A stretch of DNA of 64,000 nucleotides from an uncultured delta proteobacterium. GTDB lineage: Bacteria; Myxococcota_A; UBA9160; SMWR01. Below, piece by piece: positions 53,804 to 64,000 of this stretch; positions within the stretch are counted from its first letter, which is position 1, and each line of letters opens with the position of its first letter. The notes beneath the pieces were generated by a model. The model saw nothing but the letters and a program-made list of their open reading frames with translations, was not told the origin of the DNA and ran no database searches. A program made the position numbers and the translations under genes. Location: positions 224,001 to 288,000 of the forward strand of contig CAWHTE010000001.1 of NCBI GenBank assembly GCA_963832165.1, written 5' to 3'.

Positions 53804-55648
53804 TTACAGGTACTGGCCCGAGGTGATGTTTTCAATCGACTTCTCCTTGCGGGAAATGCCCGTCATGAGCGTGCGCACGTTGATGATGCGCTCGCCCTTC
53901 CGACCCGAGATCCGCGCCCAGTCATCCGGGTTGGTGGTGTTCGGAAGGTCCTCGTTCTCCTTGAACTCGTCGTTCACGGAGTTGATGAGGTCTTCGAGCA
54001 TGATTCCGCGCTCGTTGTGCTCGATCGTGCGCTTCACTGCGCGCTTCTTCGCGCGCGACACGATGTTCTGGATCATCGCGCCGCTTGCGAAGTCCTTGAA
54101 GTAGAAGATCTCGCGCTCGCCCTTCGCGTAGGTGACCTCGAGGAACTTGTTCTCCTCGTTGGTCGTGTACATGCGGTCGATCGTGTCCGAGATCATGCCC
54201 TCGACGATCTTGGCCGCATCGCTGCCGTAGTGCTCCTGCGCGCTCGCGTGGAACGGCAGGTCGGCGGTCAGATACTTCGTGAAGATCTCGCGCGCCGCGT
54301 TTGCATCCGGCCGATTCACCTTGATCTTGAGGTCGAGGCGGCCCGGCCGCAGCACGGCGGGATCGATCAGGTCCTGGCGATTGCTGGCGCCGATCACGAT
54401 CACGTTGTTGAGCGACTCGACGCCGTCGATCTCCGACAGGAACTGCGCGACCACGGTCGCTTCCATGTCGGAGGAGATGCCCGAGCCGCGCATGCGGAAC
54501 AGCGAGTCCATCTCGTCGAAGAAGATCACGACCGGCACGTTCTCGCTCGCCTTGTCGCGCGCCTTCTTGAAGACCTCGCGCAGCTTGTGCTCGGTCTCGC
54601 CGACGTACTTGTTCAGGAGCTCGGGGCCCTTGACGTTCAGGAAGTACGGCGTGGTCTCCTTGCCGGTGCGCTTCTCGATGCTCTTCGCGAGGCTGTTCGC
54701 GACCGCCTTCGCGATCAGCGTCTTGCCGCAGCCGGGCGGGCCGTAGAGCAGGATGCCCTTGGGCGCCGACAGCTTGTGCTCTGCGAAGACCTCCGGGTAG
54801 ATGTAGGGCAGCTCGACCGAGTCGCGCAGGATGCCGATCTGGTCGCCGAGACCGCCGATGTCGTCGTAGGTGACGTCCGGGATCTCCTCGAGCACCACTT
54901 CTTCGACGGCCGACTTCGGCATCTTCTCGAACGCGTAGTGCGTGCGCGGGTCGTAGAGGATGTGGTCTCCGACCTTGAGGGTCTCGCGCCGCAGCGGATC
55001 CGAGAGCGTGATCACGCGCTCGTCGTCCGTGTGCCCGAGTGCGATCACGCGGTTGTCGGCGAGGAAATCGACGACCGACGCGATCTCGCCGCGCGCGATG
55101 AAGCCCGCGGGCTCGACGACGTTGAACGCCTCGTTCAGCACCACCTGCTGGCCTTCCACGAACTGGAAGGGGTCGACGTTCGGATGCACGTTCACGCGCA
55201 TCTGGCGGCCGTCGACGAAGATCTCCGCGGTGCCGTCCTTGTTGGCGCGCGTGAAGACCCCGTAGTTGTTGGGCGGAGCGCAGAGCTTGTCGACTTCCTC
55301 CTTGAGGAGCTCGATCTGCTGCTTCGCTTCCTGCAGCACGCCGACCAGGCGCTCGTTCTGTCGCTCGGCGTCGGCGAACTGCTCGCGCGTGAGGTGATAG
55401 CGGCGGCGCATCGCCTCGTGCTCGGCGAGCACGCGGTCGAGGCGGCGGCGGAACTCGGGCGAATCGGCGCCAAACAGGCGCAGCGCATTGCGGAGATCTT
55501 CGACTTCGTCGCGCGGCGACCGCGCGGGATCGCCTTCGCCGGGCTCCGACGGTTCACCTTCCGGCCCCGGAGGAGCGGCGGAGATGCGTCGCATCACGTC
55601 GCGCACGAAGCCCTTTCGACCAGACCTCGGATCGAACTCGCTGCTCAT
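53804..55648 (-). CDS. arc: proteasome ATPase ARC/Mpa
   Basis: Coiled coil, PP motif, OB region, GPPGCGKT, KGPELLNKYVGE, DLPNTTNPDDW and C-terminal GQYL. Confidence 0.97.
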   Translation of the reverse strand: MSSEFDPRSGRKGFVRDVMRRISAAPPGPEGEPSEPGEGDPARSPRDEVEDLRNALRLFGADSPEFRRRLDRVLAEHEAMRRRYHLTREQFADAERQNERLVGVLQEAKQQIELLKEEVDKLCAPPNNYGVFTRANKDGTAEIFVDGRQMRVNVHPNVDPFQFVEGQQVVLNEAFNVVEPAGFIARGEIASVVDFLADNRVIALGHTDDERVITLSDPLRRETLKVGDHILYDPRTHYAFEKMPKSAVEEVVLEEIPDVTYDDIGGLGDQIGILRDSVELPYIYPEVFAEHKLSAPKGILLYGPPGCGKTLIAKAVANSLAKSIEKRTGKETTPYFLNVKGPELLNKYVGETEHKLREVFKKARDKASENVPVVIFFDEMDSLFRMRGSGISSDMEATVVAQFLSEIDGVESLNNVIVIGASNRQDLIDPAVLRPGRLDLKIKVNRPDANAAREIFTKYLTADLPFHASAQEHYGSDAAKIVEGMISDTIDRMYTTNEENKFLEVTYAKGEREIFYFKDFASGAMIQNIVSRAKKRAVKRTIEHNERGIMLEDLINSVNDEFKENEDLPNTTNPDDWARISGRKGERIINVRTLMTGISRKEKSIENITSGQYL

Positions 55649-55707
55649 GCCGTCTCCTCGTTCAGCCGGCGTACCTGTCGGGTCGCTGCGGCTCCGCGCG
55701 GAGTTAC

Positions 55708-55723
55708 TGCAAGCGGGATGCCA
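55708..55723 (-). promoter_or_regulatory. sigma54 (-24/-12) promoter motif upstream of arc
   Basis: Minus strand TGGCAT-cccgc-TTGCA (GG-N10-GC), 59 bp before the arc ATG. Confidence 0.7.
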
Positions 55724-56431
55724 CTACCGATCGGAGCGTATCCATCTCGATCCACTGCACAGAATTCTGTTGCGACTGGAAGGTTCGCGCGGCGTCGCCG
55801 CAACCTGTGTTGCACGTGCGCGCCAGTTTCGTGTGAGCTGCCGCGGGTGTTCGCTCGAAGCGACTGCGGTGCTGCGAACACCGCGGCGCAACGAGTCCAA
55901 AACAACTTCGGTGCTCGTATTTCTCCCATCGCGAATCACCCGGGAGCCATGCAACCGATGCTGCGCCAACGCAGCCGTCCGAGGGCGGATCGCTGGCTCC
56001 CAACCTCCCGGAATAGCGAAACTTTTTCGAGCGTAGCAGAGGCGCCAAGCGGCAACCATCACCGCGCCGCAGATAGCGGTCTAAGTAGCGACGGAGCCAC
56101 CGCGAATCGGGCCTCGCGCGCATGGGTGCGAGGTCGGCCGAAAGGACGGGCGCGATCGATCCGCGGGCAGGCCGGCGGGTGTCCGCCACGGGGGCAATCG
56201 TGCCCTTCATGAGGCGCGGGTCCGCACCCAACTCGCCCCGCGCGATTAGCGCGACCGCTGCGCACCCCCTGCCGCTTAGAGATGCTCAGTGAGGGTTCAG
56301 GAGCCGGCGATTTTGACGCAACCGTCGGCAAGTCGTCTCGGAAACCGGGCGCGAAGTGGCTTGCGCGGGGGAAGCCCAACGGAGAAGCGCGGTTCCAATT
56401 TTGGGCGGTGGCGCGCACCGCACCGCGGCTT

Positions 56432-57133
56432 TCAGGGCGAGATCTCGATCACCTTCACCCCGTCCGGAACCTCGAAACGGAACTCGGACTCGCCGGGGTT
56501 CAGGTTGAAGCGCTGATCGCGGAACTCCACGACCACGGTGTTGCCCAGCAGATCCACGATGCGCGTCTGATGCACGTCCCCGGACGCGGGGTCGACGCGC
56601 AGCATCAGCTTCTCGTAGGTCGCGGGCTGACGCGGAATCAGCTCGAGCTCCGCCGCCGCTTTGTCACACGACTTCGCGGTGACCTTGAAATCGCGGCGCA
56701 TGTCTCCCGCACCGAGCAGGAACTGAGCGGCGGCGCCGGTGAGGAAGCCCTCGGCGGCCGGAAGCTTCTGGACCTCGCCGAACGCGGGATCGAAGATCCA
56801 GACCGTCTTGCCGTCGCTCACGACCAGGCTCGGCTCCGGCTCTTCGTAGGTCCAGCGCATCTTTCCGGGCTTGGCCAGCGTCACGCGCCCGCGCGAGGCC
56901 GCGGGAGAGGTCGGGGAAGTGCCGAAGCGCGCTGCGTGGGTGGACTGTTCGAAGCGCGCCGAGACGTCGCGGACCCCCTCGTAGCGCGACTGGACCGCGG
57001 TCGCCGCGCGATCTCGGCAGCGCTCCGCTTCGGATGCGCCGCGGGCCTTCTCGCCTGCCGAGGCATTCGAGCCGGCCGTCGACAGCGCGGCGGCGAGTAC
57101 CAGGGCCGCGCCTCTCCTGTGCCACGGGGTCAT
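56432..57133 (-). CDS. lolA: outer-membrane lipoprotein carrier
   Basis: Signal peptide; KPGKMRWTY..P and VSDGKTVW motifs. Confidence 0.92.
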   Translation of the reverse strand: MTPWHRRGAALVLAAALSTAGSNASAGEKARGASEAERCRDRAATAVQSRYEGVRDVSARFEQSTHAARFGTSPTSPAASRGRVTLAKPGKMRWTYEEPEPSLVVSDGKTVWIFDPAFGEVQKLPAAEGFLTGAAAQFLLGAGDMRRDFKVTAKSCDKAAAELELIPRQPATYEKLMLRVDPASGDVHQTRIVDLLGNTVVVEFRDQRFNLNPGESEFRFEVPDGVKVIEISP

Positions 57134-57170
57134 GCCGGACTCCGACGTCGCGCGCGCGCGCGGATTCGAA

Positions 57171-59579
57171 TCAAGAGTCGAGCGCGCTCACGAAGACTTC
57201 GCGCGGCTTCGTCCCGACCTGCGGCCCGACCACACCCTGCTGCTCCATGTACTCGACGATCCGCGCAGCGCGGTTGTAGCCGATCTTCAGGCGGCGCTGC
57301 ACGTACGAGATCGACGCGTTGCGCGTCTGGGCCACGATCGCCACGGCCTGGTCGTACATCTCGTCGATGTCGTCGTCGCCGCCGGGACGATCCTCGCTCT
57401 CCGCGTTCAACTTCACGAGATCGACGTCGAAGCTGGGCGCGCCCTGTTCGCGCAGGAAGTTGGTGAGGTTGGCGACCTCGTCCTCCGTGACGAAGGCGCC
57501 GTGCACGCGCTGCAACTTCGACGTACCCGGCGGCACGAACAGCATGTCGCCCGAGCCGAGCAGCTGGTCCGCGCCGTTCTGGTCGAGCACCGTGCGCGAG
57601 TCGATCTTCGTGGATACCTGGAACGAGATCCGGGCCGGGAAGTTCGCCTTGATCACGCCCGTCAACACGTCGACGCTCGGGCGCTGCGTGGCGAGCACGA
57701 GGTGGATGCCGGCGGCGCGCGCCATCTGCGCGAGTCGCTGCAGCGACTCCTCGACGTCCTTCGCGCATACCACCATCAGATCCGCGAGCTCGTCGATCAC
57801 CACTAGGATGTACGCGAGCGGGCGGAACTCGACCTCGACGCCCACCTCCTCCTCGTCGTGGCGAGGCTTGAGCCGGAACGTCTTGTTGCCTGCGGCGATC
57901 TCCTTCTGGCAGCGCTCGTTGAACTGCTGGATGCTGCGCACGCCGAGCGCGGCCATCAGCTGATATCGCTCCTCCATCTTGCGCACGATGCCCGCGAGCG
58001 CGGCCGAAGCGCGCTTGGGGTTGGTCACGACGTCAGCGATCAGGTGCGGAATTCCCGCGTAGACCGAGAGCTCGAGCAGCTTGGGGTCGATCAGCAGGAG
58101 CTTGAGCTCGTCGGGCGTGCGTCGGCACAGGATCGAGCAGAGCAGCGAATTCAGGAACACGCTCTTCCCGGTGCCCGTCGCCCCCGCGACCAGCAGATGC
58201 GGCATCTTGGCGAGGTCGGCGTCGACCGGATTCCCGAAGATGTCCTTGCCGACGGCGACCGGCAGCGGCGCGTTGCTGTTGCGGAACTTCTCGCTCTCGA
58301 GCAGCTCGCGCAGATAGACGGTCTCGCGTTCGGCGTTGGCTACTTCGATCCCGACCACCGCCTTGCCCGGCAGCGGCGCGATGATCCGGACCGAGAGCGC
58401 GCGCAGCGCGAGCTCGAGATCGTCCTGCAGGTTCACGATCTTCTGGACCTTGATGCCCGACGCCGGCTCGAACTCGTACATCGTGACCACGGGTCCGGGG
58501 TGCACCTTCACGACGCTGCCGCCCACGTTGAAGTCCGCGAGCTTCTTCTCGAGGATCCGCGACTGCATGATCAGGCTCTCGCGGTCGTAGGCACGCGTGT
58601 CGCGCCGCGGCTCCTGGAACATCGAGATGTCGGGAAGCCGATAGGGGCCGTGCGGCCGGGACTCGCGGAACGAGAAGCTCGCCTGGCGGGCACCCTTCGC
58701 CGCGCGCTCCTCCGCGTGGTCGACGATCTGCGGCGGCCCCTTGCGGGTGCTCTGCACCGGCGTGGGCACGGCGCTCGCGGCCGTGGGTTCGACCACCTCC
58801 TGGGCGGCGACGTCGGCCTCGGGCTCGATCTCGGGCTCGCGCTGTGCGGCCACCCGCACGCGGCGCGCGCGCTGCTCGCGCCATACGGTGAGGCTGCGCC
58901 AGCCCTCGTCCAGCCCGCGGCCTAACGCTGTGAACGCGCGCCGCGACGCGTGTGCAGCCGCCACCGCCGTGCGTCCGGCTCCCGCGACGGCGCCGAACAC
59001 GAGCGCGCTCAGCGCGGCGATCGCGATCCCGATCCCCGCGATCGTGCGTTCGAGCGAGATGTGCGTGACCGCGAGCGCTCCGACCGCGGCTGCGAGCGCG
59101 TTGGCGAGCAGGGCACCCCAGGTTCCGAGCGCCCAGACCTGATAGCTCGCGAGCAGCTCGCCGAGCCGGCCCCCTTCGAGGCCGGCGAAGCGCGGAATGG
59201 CGGCCCCGAGCAGCGGGGGCAACGCGCACGCGGGCAGTAGCAGCAGCGGGATCGAGAGCTGCAGACGAGCCGAGGCCGGCGGAAGTCCGCGGCCGGCCAG
59301 AAAGCGCGCCCCGATCACGGCCACGACCGCCACGAGTAGATAGGAGGCCAGGCCGAAGCTTCCGAACAGGCCCGCCGCGACGAGCCCGCCGAGGCGGCCG
59401 CCGCGGTTGGCGACGCGGTCGGCGCCCCAGAGCGGGTCGCCCGGTGCGTAGCTCCAGAGCGCGATCGCCGAGAACACGGCGAAGCCCAGCAGCGCGACGC
59501 CGGCTGCCTCGCGCACGAACGGACTGCTCGCGAACCGGGTCTCGGCGCGAGCGGACCGAGCCCGCTCCGCCCTAGCCAT
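57171..59579 (-). CDS. ftsK: DNA translocase FtsK
   Basis: 4TM N-domain, AGATGTGKS, IDELADLM, LATQRPS and gamma domain IGYNRAA. Confidence 0.97.
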   Translation of the reverse strand: MARAERARSARAETRFASSPFVREAAGVALLGFAVFSAIALWSYAPGDPLWGADRVANRGGRLGGLVAAGLFGSFGLASYLLVAVVAVIGARFLAGRGLPPASARLQLSIPLLLLPACALPPLLGAAIPRFAGLEGGRLGELLASYQVWALGTWGALLANALAAAVGALAVTHISLERTIAGIGIAIAALSALVFGAVAGAGRTAVAAAHASRRAFTALGRGLDEGWRSLTVWREQRARRVRVAAQREPEIEPEADVAAQEVVEPTAASAVPTPVQSTRKGPPQIVDHAEERAAKGARQASFSFRESRPHGPYRLPDISMFQEPRRDTRAYDRESLIMQSRILEKKLADFNVGGSVVKVHPGPVVTMYEFEPASGIKVQKIVNLQDDLELALRALSVRIIAPLPGKAVVGIEVANAERETVYLRELLESEKFRNSNAPLPVAVGKDIFGNPVDADLAKMPHLLVAGATGTGKSVFLNSLLCSILCRRTPDELKLLLIDPKLLELSVYAGIPHLIADVVTNPKRASAALAGIVRKMEERYQLMAALGVRSIQQFNERCQKEIAAGNKTFRLKPRHDEEEVGVEVEFRPLAYILVVIDELADLMVVCAKDVEESLQRLAQMARAAGIHLVLATQRPSVDVLTGVIKANFPARISFQVSTKIDSRTVLDQNGADQLLGSGDMLFVPPGTSKLQRVHGAFVTEDEVANLTNFLREQGAPSFDVDLVKLNAESEDRPGGDDDIDEMYDQAVAIVAQTRNASISYVQRRLKIGYNRAARIVEYMEQQGVVGPQVGTKPREVFVSALDS

Positions 59580-59872
59580 GGCGGTAGCCGTCGCCCATCG
59601 AACTCACCCCCCGGGATCCGCTAGGCCGCATCAGGGTAGACGGGCACCGAGAGGCGTCAATGCCCCGCGCTCCGGCCCGAAATGCGCCGCGCCCGATCGG
59701 GCGTGCGCGAGAGATCAGCGCGCGCTGCGCATCGCGTTCGATCGCACATTGCGCACATCCGACGAGTTCAAACCGCGTTCGAGCAATTCGTCGCACGCAT
59801 CGCCTTGACGCTCGCCACTCGCGAAGAGAACATCGCGAGAGCACCCCAATCACCGACGGATGAGAGGCCCCC

Positions 59873-60286
59873 ATGGCGAGCATCAACAAAGTGATCTTGA
59901 TCGGAAACCTCGGGCGAGATCCGGAGCTGCGCTACACGCAAGGCGGTCAGGCGGTGGCGAACTTCACGCTGGCCACGAACGAGCGCTTCTCGGGCAAGGA
60001 CGGCGAAAAGCAGGAGCGCACCGAGTGGCACCGCATCGTCGCATGGGGTCGCACCGCAGAGCTCTGTGCGCAGTACTTGTCCAAGGGTCGCAGCGTCTAT
60101 CTCGAGGGGCGCTTGCAGACCCGGGAGTGGGAGGACAAGGAGGGCCAGAAGCGCAAGACGACCGAGGTCGTCGCCAACACGGTGCAGTTCCTGGGTGGAC
60201 GCGGCGAAGGGGGCCCGGCTGGCCCGGCGTCCTCCGACGGCGGCTTCGACGCGGGACCGCCGCCTTCCGACGACGTTCCGTTCTAG
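59873..60286 (+). CDS. ssb: single-stranded DNA-binding protein
   Basis: [19 protein letters not shown] and C-terminal DDVPF. Confidence 0.98.
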   Translation: MASINKVILIGNLGRDPELRYTQGGQAVANFTLATNERFSGKDGEKQERTEWHRIVAWGRTAELCAQYLSKGRSVYLEGRLQTREWEDKEGQKRKTTEVVANTVQFLGGRGEGGPAGPASSDGGFDAGPPPSDDVPF

Positions 60287-60326
60287 CGCGCGAGCGCCTG
60301 AAGCGGCGCGCAGTCTGGGCTGCGGC

Positions 60327-60746
60327 TCAGTCGCCCTTGCCGACGCGCAGGCCGCGCACGAGCTGGTTGATCAGCTCGCGCGACTGGCCGTCGAGGTTCT
60401 CGAACTCGATGCCCATGCCCGGGGGCTCGTCGCGGTTTCCCTCGGTCGTGCGCACGACGCGGCCCATCACCGCGATCGGCTCGTCACTGCCCGGGATGCG
60501 GAACTGCAGCGCCACGGGAGCGCCCGGCTCGGGAGGCGTCTCGGTCTCCACGAACATGCCGCCTTCGTTGATGTTGCGCGCGAACTCGGAGAACAGCTCG
60601 TCGACCGTCTTGTAGTCGACCCGCACCATGAGCTCGACGCGCTCCGCGCGCCGCCGCTCCACGCGCGCGCCATTGGGGTCGTCGGGGAAACGTTGGACGC
60701 TGGTCTTCACGGCAATCCCGAGGGGCTTCGAGGGCCCTTGTCTCAT
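60327..60746 (-). CDS. PilZ-domain protein (TIGR02266-like)
   Basis: ERRRAERV (RxxxR), NINEGGMF and GMGIEF motifs. Confidence 0.9.
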   Translation of the reverse strand: MRQGPSKPLGIAVKTSVQRFPDDPNGARVERRRAERVELMVRVDYKTVDELFSEFARNINEGGMFVETETPPEPGAPVALQFRIPGSDEPIAVMGRVVRTTEGNRDEPPGMGIEFENLDGQSRELINQLVRGLRVGKGD

Positions 60747-61453
60747 CGACCCGACGTCCCCGATTCATTAGCGAAGGCTCCGTCGAGGGTGCCGTCCTCG
60801 CGCAGGCTCACGTAGCCGCGCTCCGCCACGATCACGTGATCCAGAACACGTACACCCAGGACCTCCCCCGCGCGCGCGAGCCGCTCCGTGACGACCCGAT
60901 CCTCCGCGCTCGGGGTCGGGTCGCCGCTGGGGTGGTTGTGGACCAGGATCAGCGCAGCCGCGCTCGCGCGCAGCGCCGGGCGGAAGACTTCGCGCGGGTG
61001 CACGAGGCTCGCGGTCAGCGTGCCCTGCGAGACCGTCTCCTCCCCGAGCACGCGGTGTCGCCCATCGAGGAACAGCACGACGAAGCGCTCCTGGGAGAGC
61101 CGGCGCAGCCGCGCGCCGAAATGTCGAAATACGTCTTCGGGACTCCGCAGCGGGGCGCCCTCGGGCAGATGGGAGCTCGCGCAGCGCCGACCCAGCTCGA
61201 ACGCCGCGATCAGCGATGCGGCCTTCGCGGCGCCGACGCCGGGCACCGCCGCGAGCTCGCAGGCCGGCGCCGACTCCAGCCGATCGATTCCACCGCTGCG
61301 CGCGATCAAGGCGCGCGCGACGTCGACTGCGTCGCACCCGCGCGCGCCCGTGCGCAGCAGCAACGCGACCAGCTCCGCGGAGCTGAGCGCTTCCACGCCG
61401 CGCGAGCGCAGGCGCTCGCGGGGTCCCTCGGTCCGTGCGGGCGTCCGCTCCAT
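60743..61453 (-). CDS. radC: RadC/JAB-domain protein
   Basis: PRERL, VHPREVF, HNHPSGDPTPSAED and LDHVI motifs. Confidence 0.95.
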   Translation of the reverse strand: MERTPARTEGPRERLRSRGVEALSSAELVALLLRTGARGCDAVDVARALIARSGGIDRLESAPACELAAVPGVGAAKAASLIAAFELGRRCASSHLPEGAPLRSPEDVFRHFGARLRRLSQERFVVLFLDGRHRVLGEETVSQGTLTASLVHPREVFRPALRASAAALILVHNHPSGDPTPSAEDRVVTERLARAGEVLGVRVLDHVIVAERGYVSLREDGTLDGAFANESGTSGR

Positions 61454-61503
61454 CGGCGCACTCGCATCCGTTTGGGGACCGGGAATGCGAGCTTAGCAGG
61501 CGT

Positions 61504-62250
61504 TCAGCGTCCGGAGACCTCGGCGACGAGCGTCGCGCGCAGCATGCGATCGACGAGCTGCGACGCGAGCGGATGCTGACTCTCGCGGACTCTCAGCGCG
61601 ATCTCCGGCGCGTCGCCTCGCTCGGCGGCGCGATCGGCCAGGCGCGCGATGAAGCGGTCGCGCTGTGCGACGAGCTCCAGGCGCTGTGCGAATGCGGTCG
61701 GATCGATCATGAGCTGGTTCAGCTGGTGGTCGAGGCGCGAAGCAAATGCCTCGTCCATGGGAGCGCGCTCCGGCCGGAACCGCGGGGCGGCGGCCGGCGC
61801 CTGGGCGAACACGGACACGAACTGCGGGCGGACCAGGACGCGCCGGTGATTCGCCCGCTCCGGCGTGATCGCACCCGCGATGTTCGGGGAATTGGGTGCG
61901 ACGACTCCCGGCGTGCTCCGCAATACCGACGGGACCGACTCGGGTGCGAGTGCGGCAACGAACAGCGCGGCGATGCCGGCGGCGAGCATCGCCCCGACTC
62001 CGGGACGTGTCAGGTAGCGAGCAGCGCCGAACAGCGCGTGGACCACGCGCGGTCGCGACTCGTCCGCGGCGATGCGCGCGAGTATCCGTTGGCTGAGCTC
62101 GGGCGATCGCTCGGGCTCCGGAAGCGATCGGAGCAGTGCGACGAGTCGCGCGAGCTCCTGCTGGCTCTGCGGATCGGCGGCGCCGTGCTCCTGGCGGAGC
62201 AGTTCGAGCGCCCACGATTCGAGCGGCTTGGGGTCGGGGCGGGGGGTCAC
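61504..62250 (-). CDS. putative membrane-anchored anti-sigma factor
   Basis: Overlaps the ECF sigma stop; LLRSLPEPERSPELSQRIL followed by one TM segment. Confidence 0.65.
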   Translation of the reverse strand: MTPRPDPKPLESWALELLRQEHGAADPQSQQELARLVALLRSLPEPERSPELSQRILARIAADESRPRVVHALFGAARYLTRPGVGAMLAAGIAALFVAALAPESVPSVLRSTPGVVAPNSPNIAGAITPERANHRRVLVRPQFVSVFAQAPAAAPRFRPERAPMDEAFASRLDHQLNQLMIDPTAFAQRLELVAQRDRFIARLADRAAERGDAPEIALRVRESQHPLASQLVDRMLRATLVAEVSGR

Positions 62251-62915
62251 GACTTCTCTCCTGTCGGCGAGCTCTGCACGAACTCCTTGAGGCGGTCTCG
62301 CAATCCGAGGCGCGCGCGGTGGATGCGCGACTTCACGGTCCCTTCCGGGATGCCCAGGATCTCGGCGATGTCCTTGTAGGATTGGCCCTCGATGTCGTAG
62401 AGGACGACGGCGACGCGGAGTTCCTCGGGGAGCCACTGCAGCGCGTCCTGCACTCGACTCTGGATCTCCGCGCCATGTGCCGCATCTTCGGGATCGCGCA
62501 AAGCAACGTGGATCTGCGCACCCGCAGCGTGGCGCTGAGCGAGCTCGAGCTCGCGCGCACGTGCGCGGCCGAGGCTGCGGCGCCGGTTCAGCGCCGCATT
62601 CGCGGCGACCCGGTAGAGGAAGGTCGAGAAGCGCGCTTCGCGGCGGAACCGGTGCCCGTGGCGGTGCAGGCTCAGAAACGCCTCCTGCGCCGCGTCCTCC
62701 GCTTCTTCGCGGTTTCCGAGCATGCGGTAGAGCAGGCGGAAGACGTTGCGCTCGTGGGTGCGGACCAGGCGCTCGAACGCGCCCGTGTCGCCGGCCTGCC
62801 AGCGCGCGATCAGCTCGGCGTCGGGGTCCTCCGACGGCCGGAAGGTCTCCGCATCGCGAATGCGGGAAACGGCCCGGATCGGGCCGGCTTCCGCGATCTC
62901 GCTGAGACCATGCAT
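62247..62915 (-). CDS. ECF RNA polymerase sigma factor
   Basis: AEDAAQEAF, FSTFLYRVAAN and SYKDIAEILGIPEGTVKSRIHRAR. Confidence 0.95.
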   Translation of the reverse strand: MHGLSEIAEAGPIRAVSRIRDAETFRPSEDPDAELIARWQAGDTGAFERLVRTHERNVFRLLYRMLGNREEAEDAAQEAFLSLHRHGHRFRREARFSTFLYRVAANAALNRRRSLGRARARELELAQRHAAGAQIHVALRDPEDAAHGAEIQSRVQDALQWLPEELRVAVVLYDIEGQSYKDIAEILGIPEGTVKSRIHRARLGLRDRLKEFVQSSPTGEKS

Positions 62916-62992
62916 GCCCGAACTCGGACACCGCGAATCCGCGCGCGGTTCTCGGGTGTCGCGCGGGTCGGTATCGCGCGGACCCCGGGCGC

Positions 62993-63495
<503 letters not shown>

Positions 63496-63499
<4 letters not shown>

Positions 63500-64000
63500 G
63501 AATGTGGACTCCGTGCTTGCGCGATCTGCTCCTCGAAGAACGAAGCCACATCGCCGAGCACCTTCGGGTAGCTCGGCTCGTTGAAGATCTCGTGGCGGAG
63601 CCCGGGATAGCCCACGTAGCGCGCCGACGGGGCCGCCGCTGCGAACTGCTCGCTCCCGTGGGATGGGCAGATCGGGTCGTCGGTGCCGTGCAGCACGAGC
63701 AGCGGCAGAGCCACTTCGGCTCCGCTCGGGCCGGTTCGCTCCACCGTTCCCATGAGCTCGGCCGCGAGCGACGCGGTCATCTTGCGCTCGACGAGCGGAT
63801 CGGCGAGGTAGGCCTCGAGCACGCGCGGGTCGGTGGACAATCCCTGGAGGTCGAGACCCGCATCGAGCCGCAGCCGCGGAAGCACCGCTCGAATCAAGCG
63901 CGCCATCCGGATCCGGCCCTTCGTGTCGGGCAGCGCGAGCGGCGCGCCCGACAGCACGACACCCGAGACGCTCGGCTTGCGCTCCCTCGCGAACGTCGCC
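63496..64000 (-). CDS. alpha/beta hydrolase (lysophospholipase-like), partial
   Basis: [10 protein letters not shown] and RHEIFNEP; start lies beyond the window. Confidence 0.88.

Noticed and set aside
56200..56330. 6S RNA suggested by gggttcaggagccggc
   Set aside because: I could not find the complementary arm needed for the long 6S hairpin by eye.
60743..61453. RadC JAB domain as part of the Pup system
   Set aside because: It is an ordinary full-length RadC 5 kb away in a different gene cluster; Pup removal is carried out by Dop.

Overview
This is a high-GC window from a diderm bacterium (BamD, LolA and PilT present). A Myxococcus-type PilZ protein and the gene order suggest Myxococcota or a related deltaproteobacterial lineage, which is an inference. 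Part 1 (1-11.65 kb) is a decayed integron-type cassette array of about 20 small genes, mostly on the minus strand. It has one complete attC site, many one-armed attC remnants, no integrase in the window and a truncated IS3. It also holds an intact IS110 (IS621-like) element whose left end encodes a readable bridge RNA with guides matching the attC core box it is inserted in. The array abuts a truncated GST-like chromosomal gene. Part 2 (11.8-64 kb) is core chromosome: peptidoglycan recycling genes, dnaB/rplI/rpsF, pdxRST, prs/ispE/tRNA-Gln, ispG, alaS, pilT, recA/cinA, mltG, an MCP, mreB, ftsK, ssb, radC, an ECF sigma factor and moaC. It includes a complete Pup-proteasome operon (arc-dop-pup-prcB-prcA-pafA) preceded by a sigma54-type promoter motif. 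Several housekeeping genes carry single-base frameshifts that are most likely sequencing or assembly errors.
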